Positions 14,201 to 27,643 are shown, counted from the first letter of the stretch. The stretch is DNA of 64,000 bases from Eutreptiella sp. 'Long Island Sound 2002' (GCA_964036045.1 OZ038378.1:21018001-21082000); one strand, 5' to 3'. The notes: generated by a model from the letters alone, not told the origin. Numbers and translations: made by a program.

Positions 14201-14943
14201 GTTTCCGTGCCCTTCGTCCCCTTTTCTCAGCAAAGGCCCAGTCAATCAGTCGCAACTGTCATGCACATTGCACTGCAGGTGGCAGCTTCCGGCAGACCTC
14301 ACTCACTGTGGACACGAATCTGAACACTGAATCTTTGGATGTTCCCGAATTCTTGATCAGTCCCGCAGCTGATTCAGGTCTGAAGGGTCTCGGGAGGCGT
14401 TGGGCAATTCAGAACACCAGACATTGCCTAAATGCACCATGCACTCTGCATAATCAGCGTCCATCGTTGACTGCCTTGTGCTTTCACTGTTTGAAGAGAT
14501 GCAAGTCCAGTGTGCTCTGGTACAAATACAGTGTCCCAATAAAAGTGCAGTTTGACCCAGTAAAAATACAGTGTTCCCTGGTTGCTGTGTGCGCATGGGG
14601 TTGTGTACCCATGGGATTGCTGGCTGTTTCCAGGTTGATGCAAAATCGGATATGGCTGCGTACAGCCAGAGCTGGCTCCCTTGTGCAGCTGTGTACTGCT
14701 GGACTGAATGCTTGTGTGCGGCTTGAGCCGCAAACCTGCACTGATGGCAGTTGGGCAGTGGTGTCTTTTGCTTGTCCCTCCATGAGCTCCGTGTCCTATT
14801 GCTGACAGAGTGTTCAAGAGGCAGCGAAGAAAGGCCTATGTGGTGGCCGTTTGCTCCCGCGCAGAAGCGGCTGCTGGCAGGTCTCAGCCCAAGGGCACAG
14901 GCGTTGGCAGCCGAGTTGCCTGCAGCTGAGAGGAAGATTGAAG
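2053..14943 (+). CDS. Multi-exon type I membrane protein, 5' end not found: TSP1-TSP1-moduleX-TSP1-moduleX-TM-cytoplasmic tail
   Basis: Phase-compatible GT-AG exons: 2053-2220, 4534-4698, 6293-6538, 7625-7801 and 9730-9972 (all phase 1-1), 10536-10986 (1-2), 12482-12570 (2-1), 14231-14377 and 14809-14943 (1-1). TM segment VYPLLVVALLGTIVCLLGLLHW lies in the 10536 exon. The last three exons are less certain. Confidence 0.8.
2699..3018. repeat. Cluster of perfect palindromes and hairpins in an intron (likely a non-autonomous element)
   Basis: 20-bp palindrome ccaaaaacggccgtttttgg at 2699-2718; 13-bp stem with 4-nt loop at 2725-2754; 9-bp stem at 2995-3018. Confidence 0.7.
4534..4698 (+). CDS. 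Exon: thrombospondin type-1 repeat (copy b)
   Basis: DCVVGQWGSWSTCTQTCDGG...; almost identical in nucleotide sequence to copy a. Boundaries ctcctcag| and |gtatgc. Confidence 0.92.
6293..6538 (+). CDS. Exon: unrecognised Cys/Trp extracellular module X, copy 1
   Basis: GCSAVNVYIGP...CPPECDRHCRVNTDWPNAEDTFAVT...VTRTD..AWGLELTLPCC; phase 1-1 exon; paralogous to 9730-9972. Confidence 0.85.
7625..7801 (+). CDS. Exon: thrombospondin type-1 repeat (copy c)
   Basis: DCEVGDWDPWSPCTQACDSGTQTRTR...CPVTQASRLCNTHDC. Boundaries gcag| and |gtatgt. Confidence 0.92.
8633..9090. repeat. Dispersed short-motif array (TTGGGAACCAAA-like, about 6 copies), intronic
   Basis: Copies near 8633, 8700, 8796, 8890, 8998 and 9066; ggcgctaggtagg also recurs near 8728 and 9023. 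Confidence 0.6.
9730..9972 (+). CDS. Exon: unrecognised Cys/Trp extracellular module X, copy 2
   Basis: GCYPVEVYIGP...CTSPCDKDCRTNTDWPGAWDIFEVT...VTRTDAPNGWGMELKIPCC. Boundaries tcttcag| and |gtatat. Confidence 0.85.
10536..10986 (+). CDS. Exon: transmembrane helix and proximal cytoplasmic tail
   Basis: About 22-residue hydrophobic stretch followed by WRS and a low-complexity S/P/E tail. Acceptor cctcag|; the phase-2 donor matches the exon at 12482. Confidence 0.78.
11900..12126. mobile_element. MITE-like element with imperfect terminal inverted repeats
   Basis: aggcctgtgcttagtg at about 11900 versus cactaagcaaaggcct at about 12110-12125. A partial related copy lies at 11800-11890. No clear TSD. 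Confidence 0.55.
12960..13440 (+). repeat. Diverged tandem duplication of about 255 bp
   Basis: ctgggttctatctctggggacctgag (12961) versus tgggttgtatctctgggtacctgag (13219); the ggcaacccc..ctgggcca.gcttgggt block at about 13070 recurs at about 13322. Confidence 0.55.
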
Positions 14944-15219
14944 GTCTGCATTGCTCTTCAGTGCCTGAGGGGCTGGCCAAGCAGTGCAGGGGCCAGGGAT
15001 GTGCTTAGTGTTCAGCCTACGGGACGGGGGGGGGGGGGTGTTTTGGCAATTCTAGGTGGGTGGGTGTCCAAACACTCCTCCCATGGGGGTGGGCTGTTTT
15101 TTGGTCAGTGGGTGCTGGTGGGTTCATGGCATTCTCCTGCAATGCTGTTTTTGTGTTCCCATTTTATATTCACCCACTGTTTGCTGCATCTTCCATTTCA
15201 AGGCACAGTATAAAAATTC

Positions 15220-15565
15220 TTTGTGTATTCCGTGGCATAATACTGCACATTACTGGTGATATGAAGCCTGCTTTGAAGCGGATTTGCGATGGCTTTTTGG
15301 ATGAAATGCAAAAGCGGTTTTCCAACAGACCAATCCTGGGCAGGCTTGGGTGGCTGGACATATCTAATTGGCCAGCCAATGAGCATGCCTTGGAGTTGCA
15401 TGGTTTACAGGATCTCAAAAGAGTTTTTGAGCATTGGCAGCACAGGTTTCCTTCAGTGACGTGGGCGCTGAATTTGACCAAATGAAGGTGGTCCAGAAAA
15501 CAGCTCTCAAGCCTGTTGATTCCCGTGGGTGGGTGCATATCCCGTGTTGTGGGATAATTACGCAA
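15220..15565 (+). pseudogene. hAT-like transposase C-terminal remnant (frameshifted)
   Basis: FLDEMQKRFSNRPILGRLGWLDISNWP...HGLQDLKRVFEHW / AEFDQMK resembles the L..RF....l..lDp..WP...yG...EW..fK pattern of hAT transposases (from family knowledge). Confidence 0.5.
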
Positions 15566-16347
15566 TTGCGCGCTGTGGGATTGGAGGTCCCCTCGTCATA
15601 TCAATGGGGGTTTCCATGGCCCCCTCAAGCCTTAGGACCACCGGCATCACCACTGTCTGTTCAGGTACTTGTTTGAGCTGTTGCCATTGCTAGTGATGCT
15701 TGTGCTGGTGCTGGTGCTGTTGTTGCTCTGGTGCTGGTCTGTTTCTGTCCGACATGTTGTGGTACTTCGAATCACGACGAAATTTCCAATTCCTATAAGG
15801 GTTGTGCCCCCCACACCCCACCCCCTGTGAAAGGCGTCATCTGTCCAAGCAACATGGGCCGCAGTTTTTGCTGCTTTTTGGAATCAGCACCAGCCAGCCC
15901 CTTGCGATGACCGGCGAATCATTGACATCGTGTGTCAATCAAATGGCTAGTTGCCGTTGGTTGGCCGCAAATAGCCACCCCTCCAGCCAATCTGCTGCTG
16001 AGTTGGGCACTAGGCCCACGACAACGCGGCCACCCACTCATCCACCGGGCCATGCCCTCCACAGGGATGTGCTTCTCCAAGGGGAGGGGGGTGAATTACG
16101 AGACCCACCCACCCAGATTTTAGGAAAACCTAGGATTCAGAATTGTCCCACTCCCAAGGTGGGGGGGGGGGGTGGACAGCGACCTAGTGGTGTGTACGTA
16201 TGGTACTTTTTACGTAATGTATACCCCTATCTGCCATTTCCCCCGTCTTTGATTGCTACATTCTCTCTTTTGGGCCTCTTCCCTTCACAAACAGTGCACT
16301 TGTTGCCCATCCCCAATATGTATGTTCCATGTATCCACATGGAGTCC

Positions 16348-16615
16348 TCCCCACTTTGGGGATCCCCAAGACGGCAAGGGGACCGCGAGACGGCAAGGGT
16401 TATGGAGCTCCTTCTGATTTCTCCCCAATTTGAAGATCCTCGAGACAGCAGGGGTTATCCAGCCATGCCTCCCTGCTTTTGGACCCAGAGATTCCAAGGG
16501 CTGTGTAGCCACTTCTCCCCACTTTGGGGACCCTGAGACTGCTGGGTATATGTAGCCACTTCTGATTTCTCGCCGCTTTGGGGATCCCCGAGATGGCAGG
16601 GGAGAAGTGGCTGCA
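16348..16615 (+). repeat. Diverged minisatellite, about 75-bp unit, roughly 4 copies
   Basis: Recurrent ccccactttggggatcccc.agac.gcagggg and gtagccacttct blocks. Confidence 0.6.
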
Positions 16616-19600
16616 CCATCCCCCGAGCACTGGCTTTGGGGAAGCTGGTGGACGATGTGTCATGGTCTGGGAGATGTGTCCCAACAGCCTTTTCCATGGA
16701 CGCATGGCAGGGCCTCAACTGAGAAGATTTACCTCTTCACCTTGCGTGTGGTTCTGGCTCTGCAAAGGGGAGGGACCTCAAGCAGCAAGAAATCAGAAAT
16801 GTTTCCTGGTATGGAGTATTTCTGCCCCCCCCCCCCCCCCTCTCGCACTGTTCACCGTTGTCTGCTTGATTTGTACAGACCACACACACACACACACACA
16901 CACAAGCGCACACACAAGCATAGCTAGCGAGAAGAACATACAGTGATAGAGAGGCAGCTGTCTGGGCCCCTGACCCTTCAAATCCCCTGGCCTTCTGAGC
17001 TTACTGAATTTCTTTGTGGGGGGAAAGTATGACCAGGAATTCGAATGGGGTTTGGGTGGGCTTGTTTGGGGTTGTTTGGGACTTAGCCTAGTTCTGATTC
17101 ACGGAGCTCATGGCTGGAACCACCTTCCCAAGACAAGCAGGATTGGCTGCAGGCACTAATCTTTGGGCTACGTGACTCCAGCACCCCGCCCCCTCCCCCG
17201 CCTGCCCATATCCCATTTGATGACAACATCCCAGACCAAAAGCATTCAAACACCAAATTCAAGGCAAACCAGAAACGCGGCATTTTGCAGGTAGCATGGG
17301 GCGGGTGGCACCACTACGTCAGCGTGGTGTAGAATAGAAACAGATATACGACCCATCATGCGCACAATCGGAGATGCAAAGATATTCAAATACATTAGCA
17401 CGTAATTCATGATGGGAAACTGTCATGCGTTTGCGCTGCCGCGTTTTCGCGCAGGTTCAGACGAGGAGGACACATGAAGGTCATGAGTGCTGGTATCATT
17501 GCAGCGCCTACATGGGCATCAGGCCTTTGCCCCCAGTAACCCATGCCCGCAGTCATGGAGGGCTGGTCTGTAAGACAGTACGCAGATGGATTCATGCAGC
17601 ACAGTCTAACTGCCAGCGGTGTCAAATCCAGTGACAGTTGGCGAAGCTGTGCTCGAGTTGATGATGGACGCAACATCATTGAAGTGATCGTTCCTCTTCG
17701 GCCACGAAGTTACATTTGCCATTTATCATGTTTTGGTGGGACCACTATTATCCCTGACCACAGCCTCATGAAACATCAATTCATGGCAGACTTTGAATGT
17801 CCTTCTCGTCTTCTGCAATCCCCCTTGGTCCCTGCACTCAGGATTCCCTTTAGCTCCTTGGCCTCCCATTTTCTCATACAATGTACATTCAAGACTACAG
17901 ATTGCGCGTTACATCTGCATGTACTGATCGTGGTTTTTTTTTTTTGAGGTCTGAAACAAGTTTTGCACTGTCGACGCATTGTGTGTGTCGTGTGCAGTTC
18001 TGTAGATACGCCAATTGTTTCGGCAATTTTTGTGTGATTGATTAGCCATTGTAAGCAGCTGTGAGCATTTGTTCGCAATTGGTTTACACGTGTACACCCC
18101 ACATGTGTACACCGGCGAGCACTCTCACGCTGCTTTCTGGGCCATGACCCATTTTTCATTTAGATTTTTCGAGTTGTGATGTAACCGTATCTGGAATTTA
18201 TTGGATGTTGGGTGTTGTTGGCTAGACTCCACGAGTCCATGGGTCCCTTGGGCGTGTGCCACATGCTCCCCCCTGCACTGCTTGCTGCTCTGCGGCCATG
18301 CCCCCCCTGGTACCTTGTCGTCTTTGGGCCCCTGCCTCCAGTTCTCTCGGTACACTCGAGGCATTCCGCGTGCATACCGAATGGCTCTGGCCGTGCCCCG
18401 CATGACCCCGGGGGCACGCCAGTGGCATGCGTGCAAACGTGCCACAGGGCCCCCACCATCCGGGGTGCCCTCCCCTACTCCACTACTCGGCTACCGGTGC
18501 AGTGCGGCACAGTAGTGCAGTGTAGTGTAGGCTGCATTATCAACCGTCGACGGGCCTGACTAGATCCCGGCGCGGTGTCCGTGGGCTCCAGGGCTGCCCC
18601 ATTGTCCACGACTGCGCGCACAAATCAGGGGTTCCCTCCCTCAGCCCTCGGCCTCAGCAGGTGGAGGGACTGGCGGGGTTCAGCGCTCACGCTGCAACAG
18701 TGCGGTCTCAGCACCTACACCTGCTCAGCCAGGCCCTCAGCAGCAGCCGCATGCGGCCAATCGACAGTTCGCCGTTTCCGAGACTTACTGCCGCCGCCGC
18801 CGCCGCCACTGTCAAAATACTTTTCGCAGCCGTCGCTGCCAAGCCCCTTTCCTCCGCCTTCGCAGATCCCTCTCCCCTCACTTCAACACGATGATTGTCC
18901 TGAACGTGCACGAGCTGCCTCGCTCCCACAAGGCATCGCTACGTGCCGTCCGCGCAGTTGGGCGTGTTGGCGTGTTGAAACCCAACCCTTGAAATGGGAC
19001 CTGTGCCCACATGCGCAGTTGCCCAGACATGGCACTGTGCTCGTCCCGCCAGACCTGTCATATCCTGATGCTTGACCTTTGCTGATGCGTGCAGATCTTA
19101 CCTCGCGATCCTTTTTCAGCTCCTTTCCCGAGCCGGCGCTGTGCTACTAGTGCTGTGCCCCCCGCTCTTTGAACGGTGTTCCACATGTCTTTAGCGCACA
19201 GGCCGTTGCTCAAGGGTCGGTCGACCGGGTTGTTGGGGGGCATGGGGTTTTGGAGGTGTTTGCACGAAAACTTGACCGCAAATCTTGGGCCCCTTCAACG
19301 AGTTTCAAATTGCCGAAGCGAAAAAATTGCGTGACGGGGTGAGGGAGTGCCCCCCGGCATGGGCCCAGTTCCAACGCTGTGCCCACCATCGAGCCCCACA
19401 CAGTGCAATCGGCGTTGCAGTGGTCCAAGGCCAATGTTTGTCGTCACAGCGTGCGCTTTGTGATGCGACGTTTCTTGTTCCACAGCAACTTTATCAGTGT
19501 TCACGCTCGGAGACTGTGCGCAGCTCCACGCCACTGGGGACGGCACTAGTAGCCCAGGGGTGCCTGTACCTGTGTCCCCTGGGCAGCAAGGGCTAGCCGG

Positions 19601-21059
19601 CTCACCGCCCGCGCATTCTGTCTGCCATTGGCTCCGGGGCGCTTGTCACCAGGTGGTCCGCGCGCGGGCCCCTGAGCAGGGCCGTTGTATTGTATGTTTT
19701 ACACCCGTCGAGCCTCGAGGTTGCTGCCAAATCCCCTGCACTGAGCAGGGGCGCGCCTGCACACGTCTGATGATGCGTGCCCATGGGGTGTGTGATGGGG
19801 TGCAGTCGTGCGGTGTATATCGGGGAGGCGGATGTGATGCGGTGGTGATGTAAATGTCCGATGCAGATGGGGCCCTCGAGCACTTGTCCACCCCAAACAC
19901 ACTGCAGCCCTGGAGCCGTGGCCATAGTGCGAGGCGCTGCAGTCCCCTGTGACACTTTTACCCAAAGCACGCGGGCGGACATCATGCAGACGACTGACCC
20001 GTCGGACCGTTGTTGTTCAGACCGCAGTTGTTGTGGTCCAGAACGTGAGATGTCACGCATATGAACCCTTTGTAGTTCCAGAAGAACGGTTCCTGCGCAT
20101 ACAACACTGTGCCTTGGTCTGCAGGTCCTTTCTGCCTAAGCCGCAGTTGCGGACGGCGACAGGGCACCCAGGGCAGCACACCGTTGGGGTCTTCGGATTG
20201 TTTCGTCTTGAATGTTTGAATGAAAGGGACTGGGGGGTTCAAATGGGCCTCTCATGGCACAGTCCTACCGGTGGATGTTCCACCTGCGCATCCGTTGCTG
20301 TTGGCTTGAGAGTTGTATGAGTGGCAATGCTTACAGTGTTTGCCCCTCAAGCTGCGTGCTGTGCGCGCACTGCGAGTCCGCTTTCTGCACAATGTCCACT
20401 TTGAAGTTGGTATTCAGTTTATGTCCCACTCTTGGCACGGGATCAAGGCGCAGCGTGCAACCGCAACCATCTGGGCATGCCTTGTGCACCCCATCCCCTG
20501 CCTCAGATTGCGCTCTAGAATGCTTGCCATGCGTTCCGCATGTACCTTTGGTGCCATGGACCCCCCAGGGGTGCAACCCTTTTGAAGACGCCCCCCCCTC
20601 CCGCTGGTGCATGTGCAAGACCTTGTGTATGCCCCACATCCCCCGCGCAGCCCGACAAATCTTGTGACATGCCTTTGTGGGCTCTGGGTATTTGTTTGGA
20701 GGCTGATGCAGTCGTACCTCTGAGCAAAACTGTGTGTATCACTGCAAGAGGCAATGCCACCACTTCTCAGTTGCACCTGCGATTGAAACCGCCGCAAGAC
20801 TCACGGTCCGCAGGCTCTCGAGGCGATTGCACTCCAGGGGATGAAGGGCGGGGGCGTTCCACTTCCGGAGGTACCCGAAGCACACTGGCAGGCCCGGTTG
20901 GAGCCAAGGGTGTGGCGAGGCTACAGCCTCTTGTCCAAGACACGAGTGGGCCCTGAACATTCTACCCTTGCATTCGTTGGCTCAAGGCAATCCTGTCGCT
21001 GGTGCCGCTATCGCTTTCCTTTGTTGCATTTGTTGCTTGATGGTGCCCAGTAGTTCTTC

Positions 21060-21310
21060 TGTGGCTGGGGCGCTCTCTAATAAAAAAAAAAGAAAGAAAG
21101 AAATTGGGTGACCACACACTCCACTAGTTTCGGACGGTGGCCGACAGCGGTTGGATAACCGACGGCAGTTGGAGGATTCCCACAGCGATTTACCAATTGT
21201 TTTGGGCCCTCCGGAAAGGCACTCCGTAGCGCCAAAAAAAAAAACCAGAAAAGACAAGCCAAAGTCATGAAGGAGCGCCCTGCTGTGGGCCGCCATCCGT
21301 GACCTCCGCC
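21060..21310 (-). repeat. Dispersed repeat family member, related to 63050-63290
   Basis: The reverse complement shares the T-run/ggcgct..., caactgccgtcggtta.cc and agagcgc blocks with the 63-kb copy. Confidence 0.55.
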
Positions 21311-22023
21311 TGTTATCCGGGATCTCATTCCCTCCTACCACTGCATTTCATGCTTTCAGATTCCGCAGATCATCACTACGTGGTAAGTCGCGACCACAGC
21401 GCTCGACAAGTGCAGCATGCACAGGGAAGGATGCTTAAGGCTATGGCTGCGCAACTTCAGAGATGTCCTGAAGCTGCTGAGGGAGAGCCTATAACCCTGG
21501 CTGGTGGGTGGGGCTGAACGCATGGCAGTGGTTTTGCAGGGTTGGGGTCACACAACATTCAGCTCAAGCGTTATGCTCTGCAATCTGCGCTCCTTTCTTC
21601 CTGAACATGTACCCACAAAACCCAGACAGCGGGGTTCTTCTTATTGATTTCTTGAGCTTCATGGTGCACCGCACAGCGCTCAGATGTCCCGCAGGGCCAG
21701 GGGAGTGTATGGAGACATCCAAGCGGACCCACTATGGCCTGGGAAGTACACATGAACCGTCATTGAGCAACGGAATGCCCCGCAGCAGAGCTTGGCGGTG
21801 CACATTTGGGTTGCGGCGTCCATTTGGATTTTGCGGTTGTTGTAATAGATTCATGGCCCGCTCTCAGACCCCTGGCTCTCAGGCCCCTCCAATGGAGGCT
21901 GGGGCAACGTCTAATATTTATTACTGCCACCTTCCCCAAAAATAAATCGGTGGATGCACCACCACCACAACCACCACAACCACGTCTCTGAGCAGTTTTC
22001 TAACATCGTCCCAGCAAGGCATG

Positions 22024-22782
22024 TGGAAAATTGGCTTGCGCCCGGGGGGGGTCACGGCTGTCGCCTGAAGGAGGGGGGGGGGGGGGGGGTTTGGGAAATG
22101 GACACCTGTGACAGGACCTATGTATGGTCCTCATTGTCAGCCTTTTTTTTTTTAGTATGCTATACGCTCTCTGATTTTTGATTTCAGCCAGATCCTGACT
22201 TAGCTTAGTTGGTAGCGGGCCTAGGCTCCAATTCCAGAGTCCTGGGTTCAATTCCAGCTTCATGTAATGGTTTTTTCCCTTCGCTTTTTTGGTCCTTTTT
22301 ATGTCTTCATGTTTGCATGTTTGCATGTGCATGCCCCCCCCAAGACAGTTTTCTACAGGTCCCCCCATCAGGGGGGACCCTTTGTGTCAGTCACAGGCAC
22401 ACATACCCCTTAAACCCCCCCCCCTGCTCTCGACCCCTTCCCCGAAGCAACCAGCCCCTGACAAGGAAACAAACAAAAGTCAGTTAAACACAGGGGGCCA
22501 CTGACAGCACCACTTTGCAAATGTGTCTTCATTGACATCTGCAGCAGACTAATTTGCCAACGGGAGGCCATGGTGGGGCGTTGCATCCCCCCCCCCCCCC
22601 GTGCTATGGGATGCAACCGGAATAGACCGGACATAAATACCACCACCGTTGGGGGTAGGGGGGGGGACTGGGGGGCTGTGTATACCGGTTGTCATTGCCC
22701 CGTCACGGCGGGCCAGAAGGGGGGGGGGGGGGTTGGGAAATGGACATCCGTGACCCCCCGTGGGCGCAAGCCAATTTTCCAC
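22024..22782. mobile_element. MITE-like element bounded by about 35-bp inverted repeats
   Basis: gtggaaaattggcttgcgcccggggggggtcacgg (about 22024) versus ccgtgaccccccgtgggcgcaagccaattttccac (about 22748). Confidence 0.55.
22194..22264 (+). pseudogene. Degenerate tRNA-like sequence (CCA anticodon loop, Trp-like), possible SINE head
   Basis: A-box tagcttagttggtag and B-box ggttcaattcc; acceptor and anticodon stems are imperfect. Confidence 0.5.
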
Positions 22783-25700
22783 CACCCCAACGCTTCAGGC
22801 TCTATTCTGCCGATGAGTTGCATTCTCACATGGTTCAGGGCTGTTGTTTGGTTTTTGCTGAATAGGGGCTTTTTTGGCCCAAAACTGCGCAGAACCCATT
22901 TGGACGGGCACCTTCCGACTTGTCACCCTTGCCCTCGACCACCACTGGTGAGGCCAGGGCTCAAACTGTGGATTTGGGAACGCCATGTTTCAATGCAAAA
23001 GATCACTGGAATAGAGTAGTGGGCTTTTTTTTAGGCTTTGGAACAGAGCAATGGCCAAAATGCAAGGGTGATGTGCTTGTTGTTCGGTTGCTTGTTAGAT
23101 GATATTAGGGGAGAGGGCTGAGTAGTAGTGTGCGGTACGCCGTGATTGATTTGGGGTGACAAAGAACGAAGAGGGGTCCGAGCAGTCACACTTTTGGCAG
23201 CCAGCCTCGTACGTGGCCAAAGGGGGCACACTTTGTGTGGGCCCTGGCAACGGTGCGGGCCTGGACGTCTCTGTGTTGCCTGCCCTATATGTTCACTGGA
23301 GCGGTTTCAGCAACTCTGTGCCCCATGTGGAAAGGGCATGCAGTCGGATGGAACCCTCTCCACTGATGATTGCTTTCATTCGGGAAGTTACATTTTGAGC
23401 CATTTGCCAATCATGTCTGTAAAAGATTAAAAAAGTAATGCACCTGAGGAGAGAAGAAGGATGTGTTGCAATACGCGTCCCGTGCCCCTTAATTGATCAG
23501 TATCAATGCTGTATTATACGATTTGAACCCTTGATACTGAGGGGCTCCCTTGAGCCCCTGAGCCGTTTTGTCAATTTTGGGCGCTCTGAAGTTACTGCAA
23601 AACAAAGTAAGAACACTGTTGATGTGCGCATTGATTCCACTCTGTCGCGTCTGCTCAGGGCCTTAAGGGGACATTTGCGCTACCTTTGCAGCTCCGGGGG
23701 CGGGAATGCGCGCCCAGCGCCAACGGCTTGATGCGTCCTGCAGGCGAGTTCACTTGTGTGGAGGGAAGAGGGTATGGGTACCCCAACAAATACACCTCAA
23801 ACTGACCCGCGCAACATCCCAACCATTTTGGAATGTGCGTCATTGAGAGAGAAATTACCACAAAAATTGTTTTGGCCGATTGCCTGCCCATTTTCATGCC
23901 AGTACAAGCCGTAAGCACTGCCCTTGAAGGCAGGCTAGGTCTGTGAGCCCCCGCCCCCCCGCCCATGCAGCCCCCTTGGGCCTGTTTAGGGCACTGGTCC
24001 TTTTGGAATGTGGGGTCTCCTGAAAGTGCGCCGGGCACCCCTGCAGATGGGGGGGGGGGGCATTGGTGGTCGCCAATGACTGTCACTGTACAATGTGTGT
24101 TGCCTTGTCAAAGTAAAGCCCAGCATCCCTGTTCTGCCGCACCATTTTGGCACTGTATTGCGGGGATTCAGTGGTAGGATTGGATTCCCTAGTCTTCACC
24201 CCTCCTTGTGCGACGACCGCCTTGCACAACAAACGCCCCCTGGTGAAATGACAGTTTTGTCCAGACTACTGTTCTTTTTTTTTTTTTTTGAATTGTGCTT
24301 TTGTCTGGTGGGACAAGTGAAGGTGGCTGTGGCAAAAAAAATTCAGGCACGTTCGGTGAATTGAAAGAGGAAGGAACACAAGAACATAGATATTGCGGTG
24401 CCTGTGGCACCAGCCCCAACACAATAAATACCACATGCCCCGATTACCAAGCACAAGGGGGCACAGGAGAACGGAGCAGGAGACAGTACAGAACGGAAAG
24501 AGTGCCAATTCAGTGCACCGGTGCCTAGGGCGCGGCGCCTGCACACACTAGCAATCCAAGCCTCTAAATCTGGGGGGATATCATAGCCAAAAAATTGACC
24601 GTGCCTCCTCTGTCCCAGATGGCTTGGGACGTGGGCGTGCTTGCAGCTAGTGCATGCCCTTCCTGTATATGGGCTGCCATGTCCTGGGCAGTGGGGTTGC
24701 ATCCGAGGCAGTTGTGTACAATCGTGACAGTATTGTCACCCCCATATGAGGGATGGGGGGGGGATAGCACGTGTTGTTGTCGGGGTCCCTGAACTAGGTG
24801 GTGTGCCACAGGGGCATATTATCTAGTAGTTCGCCGTAGGGTATTGGGACGCGTGTTTGTTTGCACAGCAGTGAGGGCGCTTTGCATGACGTGCCCAGGA
24901 AGGGCTTTTCAGCAGCATTTGCATCAATCGCATGAACCAGCATGGGCAATGGGCAATGGAGCGAAACAGATCTGCCGGGTACCGCCGTGAATCAGCACCA
25001 GCATCAGAATCAGAATTCAAATCAAGTGGTACACCACTACACCAGTCACTGCACCCACCTCAAATTTTGTCCTGCCTGCCTTAACCCCCCCCCCCCGCCG
25101 CATGCCTCAATTCTTATCTGCCTCAGAACTCTTTTGATATCGTGAGACGAACGGAGACAACACAACACAACGTGAAACTTGTGTTCATATGCATGCAACC
25201 AATATGCCCAATTCCCAAAAATAGTGCCCCTGAAGAGTGTCTTATTTGTACACACAAATGCCATCACCCAGCCGTTGCATTCAGTGCCCACTGCCCATTT
25301 TTTTAGCAACGTTGAGTATTACTAGAATATGCATGTGCACCGGGAGGACACTGCACCGCACACAACACCGCGTGCATCACGCAGGCGGCACCCTCCTTGT
25401 CTGAATACCTAACCCCACAACACCTTCATATGCTTCTCTGTTGCGGTAGGTGCGCGGAAGGGCCTCATACACTTGGACCAATTGTCTAATGTGCCGGTGC
25501 CACGGTTCTCACCTTGTCTCAAAATGTCAGAACAACTCACATGCATTACTTCAGTCAAGGAGTGTATGAGCAGTATCCGAGAGAAATGAGAGATATATGT
25601 GCGAGATCCGATGATCCCCAGGACTAAGAAGTCCTGGTGTCTCATTGAGATGCGTGGACGATAGGGCATACCCTGATGGTTACAGGTACCACTACTTCAA

Positions 25701-27643
25701 TCTGAGGGAATGTTTTGTCAAACGCCCCAGACAGACCAGCATGTACAACCATTATGGACTGTGGTGTTGCCATGATTCCGCTCCCCAGATGGGGCCGTAC
25801 TGAGGACTGGCGGATGCACAAAGAAAAAAGCCAGAACAACTCACATGCCAATGAATTTGGAACTGTTGGAGCCAGGCAAGGGTGTCATCTATCTGCAAGA
25901 CGACTGGGTAACTTGGATTTTTAGTATTTTTTAGTATTGTTTTAGTATTGCATTATTTCCGTGGGAGCGATTTTTTTGGGCATGTGGAAGGGCGAGCAAT
26001 TTGGAGGCTTTCCTGAGAAAATATGTTCCAAAAGTAGCGAGCACACTGCAAGGACTCCGCCCAGGCTGCCTTGCAGAAATTTTCTGTGCCAAATACTCTG
26101 AAGTAAGTCTATCGCAGTCAATTGGAGGGAATTTTCTGTGCTAGTTTGTGGTTCTTGCCCTCCTTTTTTATGTCTTTTCGGAGGGAATCCAATGGAAACA
26201 GAGCCCAATGTGGGTGCATGCAAGTGCTTTTGCCTTGCGTGCCTGGAATTGAGTGGAATTGACTGGGGGGCATGTGCCATTAAACACAATTACCACCTAC
26301 TGGGGAAATATGAAGATTTGGGAAAATATTTAATTCATAGCCTGAATTCCGGTGATTTCGGTGCAACGGCAAAAAAAAAGAAAGAAAAAAATTAAACACA
26401 AAAAAGTAAATTAATTATTGTGTTCAACAGCAGAAATCTGAAGAAATTTACACAAAATTTAGGGAAATTCACTAATTGTGTTTGCAATAGTGGTGCGATC
26501 TGGCCCAGTCGCGATGAAGTATAAACACATGCGTTGCCATACATGAGCCATACATTATGATCTGCCCAGTTTCTGGCAGTGGAAATTGCAATTGTTAACA
26601 TTACAATGCAAGTGGACCCATCACAACAAATACCTTTTTCAGGGCTTTGGACTTCAGCAATATGTCGATGCTCATGAGTGCAGGCAAGGGATACACCACT
26701 GTTTTTCTCTCAGCCTCCGGTCTTTCTTGTGTTCTAACAGCACACTGGGCGGTCCATGGGCATGGCAGTGCCTGCTGCATTTCCTAGTATCAGATTTAGC
26801 TCATTCTCACTGCATGTAATGTCCACTGACACATTGCTTCGTGGCATTGGACGGGTCTGATTCTTGGTTCGAAAGGGTTTTCTTGAGTCCCCCCCCCCCT
26901 GTCCTTCCCCGGGGGGGAGGGGGGTCACTTTGGCAACCTCAAAATTTTGCCGCGTGTGTTGTCTTGTAGGACCGTGTGTTGTGAGGCACTGCCACTTCCA
27001 TCCCTTATACTTTGGCAGGACTCTCTGAAGTATCTTCTGTGAAATGGAACGTGATGCCACAACCATGTTTGGGGGAGCGTTAGCGCACCGGGCATCTTTT
27101 TTTTTTTAACCATTTCCCACCGTGCCTGTTTTTGCCCCCACCTCACCAAACAATTTGGAGTACCTTCTCACCGTATGACGATGGCAAGGATGGTGGTTGG
27201 AAGTGGTGGGAGTGACATTTTGTGTTGTTGAATTCTAGTATTTCGGTCTATGCAAGGTGCTTTGGAAGGAAGGTTTGTGATCTAGTGCAGTCTACTTGGG
27301 GGACTTCCCAAGGTGAGGATAAACCTAGGGCTAGAGATAAGATACTTAATACAAAGGTAGCGCACCGGGCAAACATTCCCCCTTTACCCTTGGGACGAGT
27401 GCGATATACACCCGCTCTACAGGGGACGATAGTGACATGAATTCTGACTAAAGTTTATGCAGTAAACTTGAGTTTAAATTGGGCAAGGGGGTGGGAGGAG
27501 GGCACCTCGTGAACACTCGCCTGGTGTTTGTTTGTTTTGTGGTGTGCCGTCGTCCTGACCATGCCTGAGTCTGAGAACCAGCCGATAAACTGGCCACGCA
27601 ACTGCTAAACGCGTCTACGCTTCAGCAAGACACGGACAGACTC

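Noticed and set aside
19058-20800. Protein-like minus-strand ORF fragments
   Set aside because: No recognisable motifs or consistent splice chain; probably a decayed element, but not supportable from the sequence.
23450-24530. Mutator-like transposase remnant (YCGACGTSPNTINTTC, knuckle-like)
   Set aside because: Only one short degenerate motif, with no recognisable catalytic core or TIRs.
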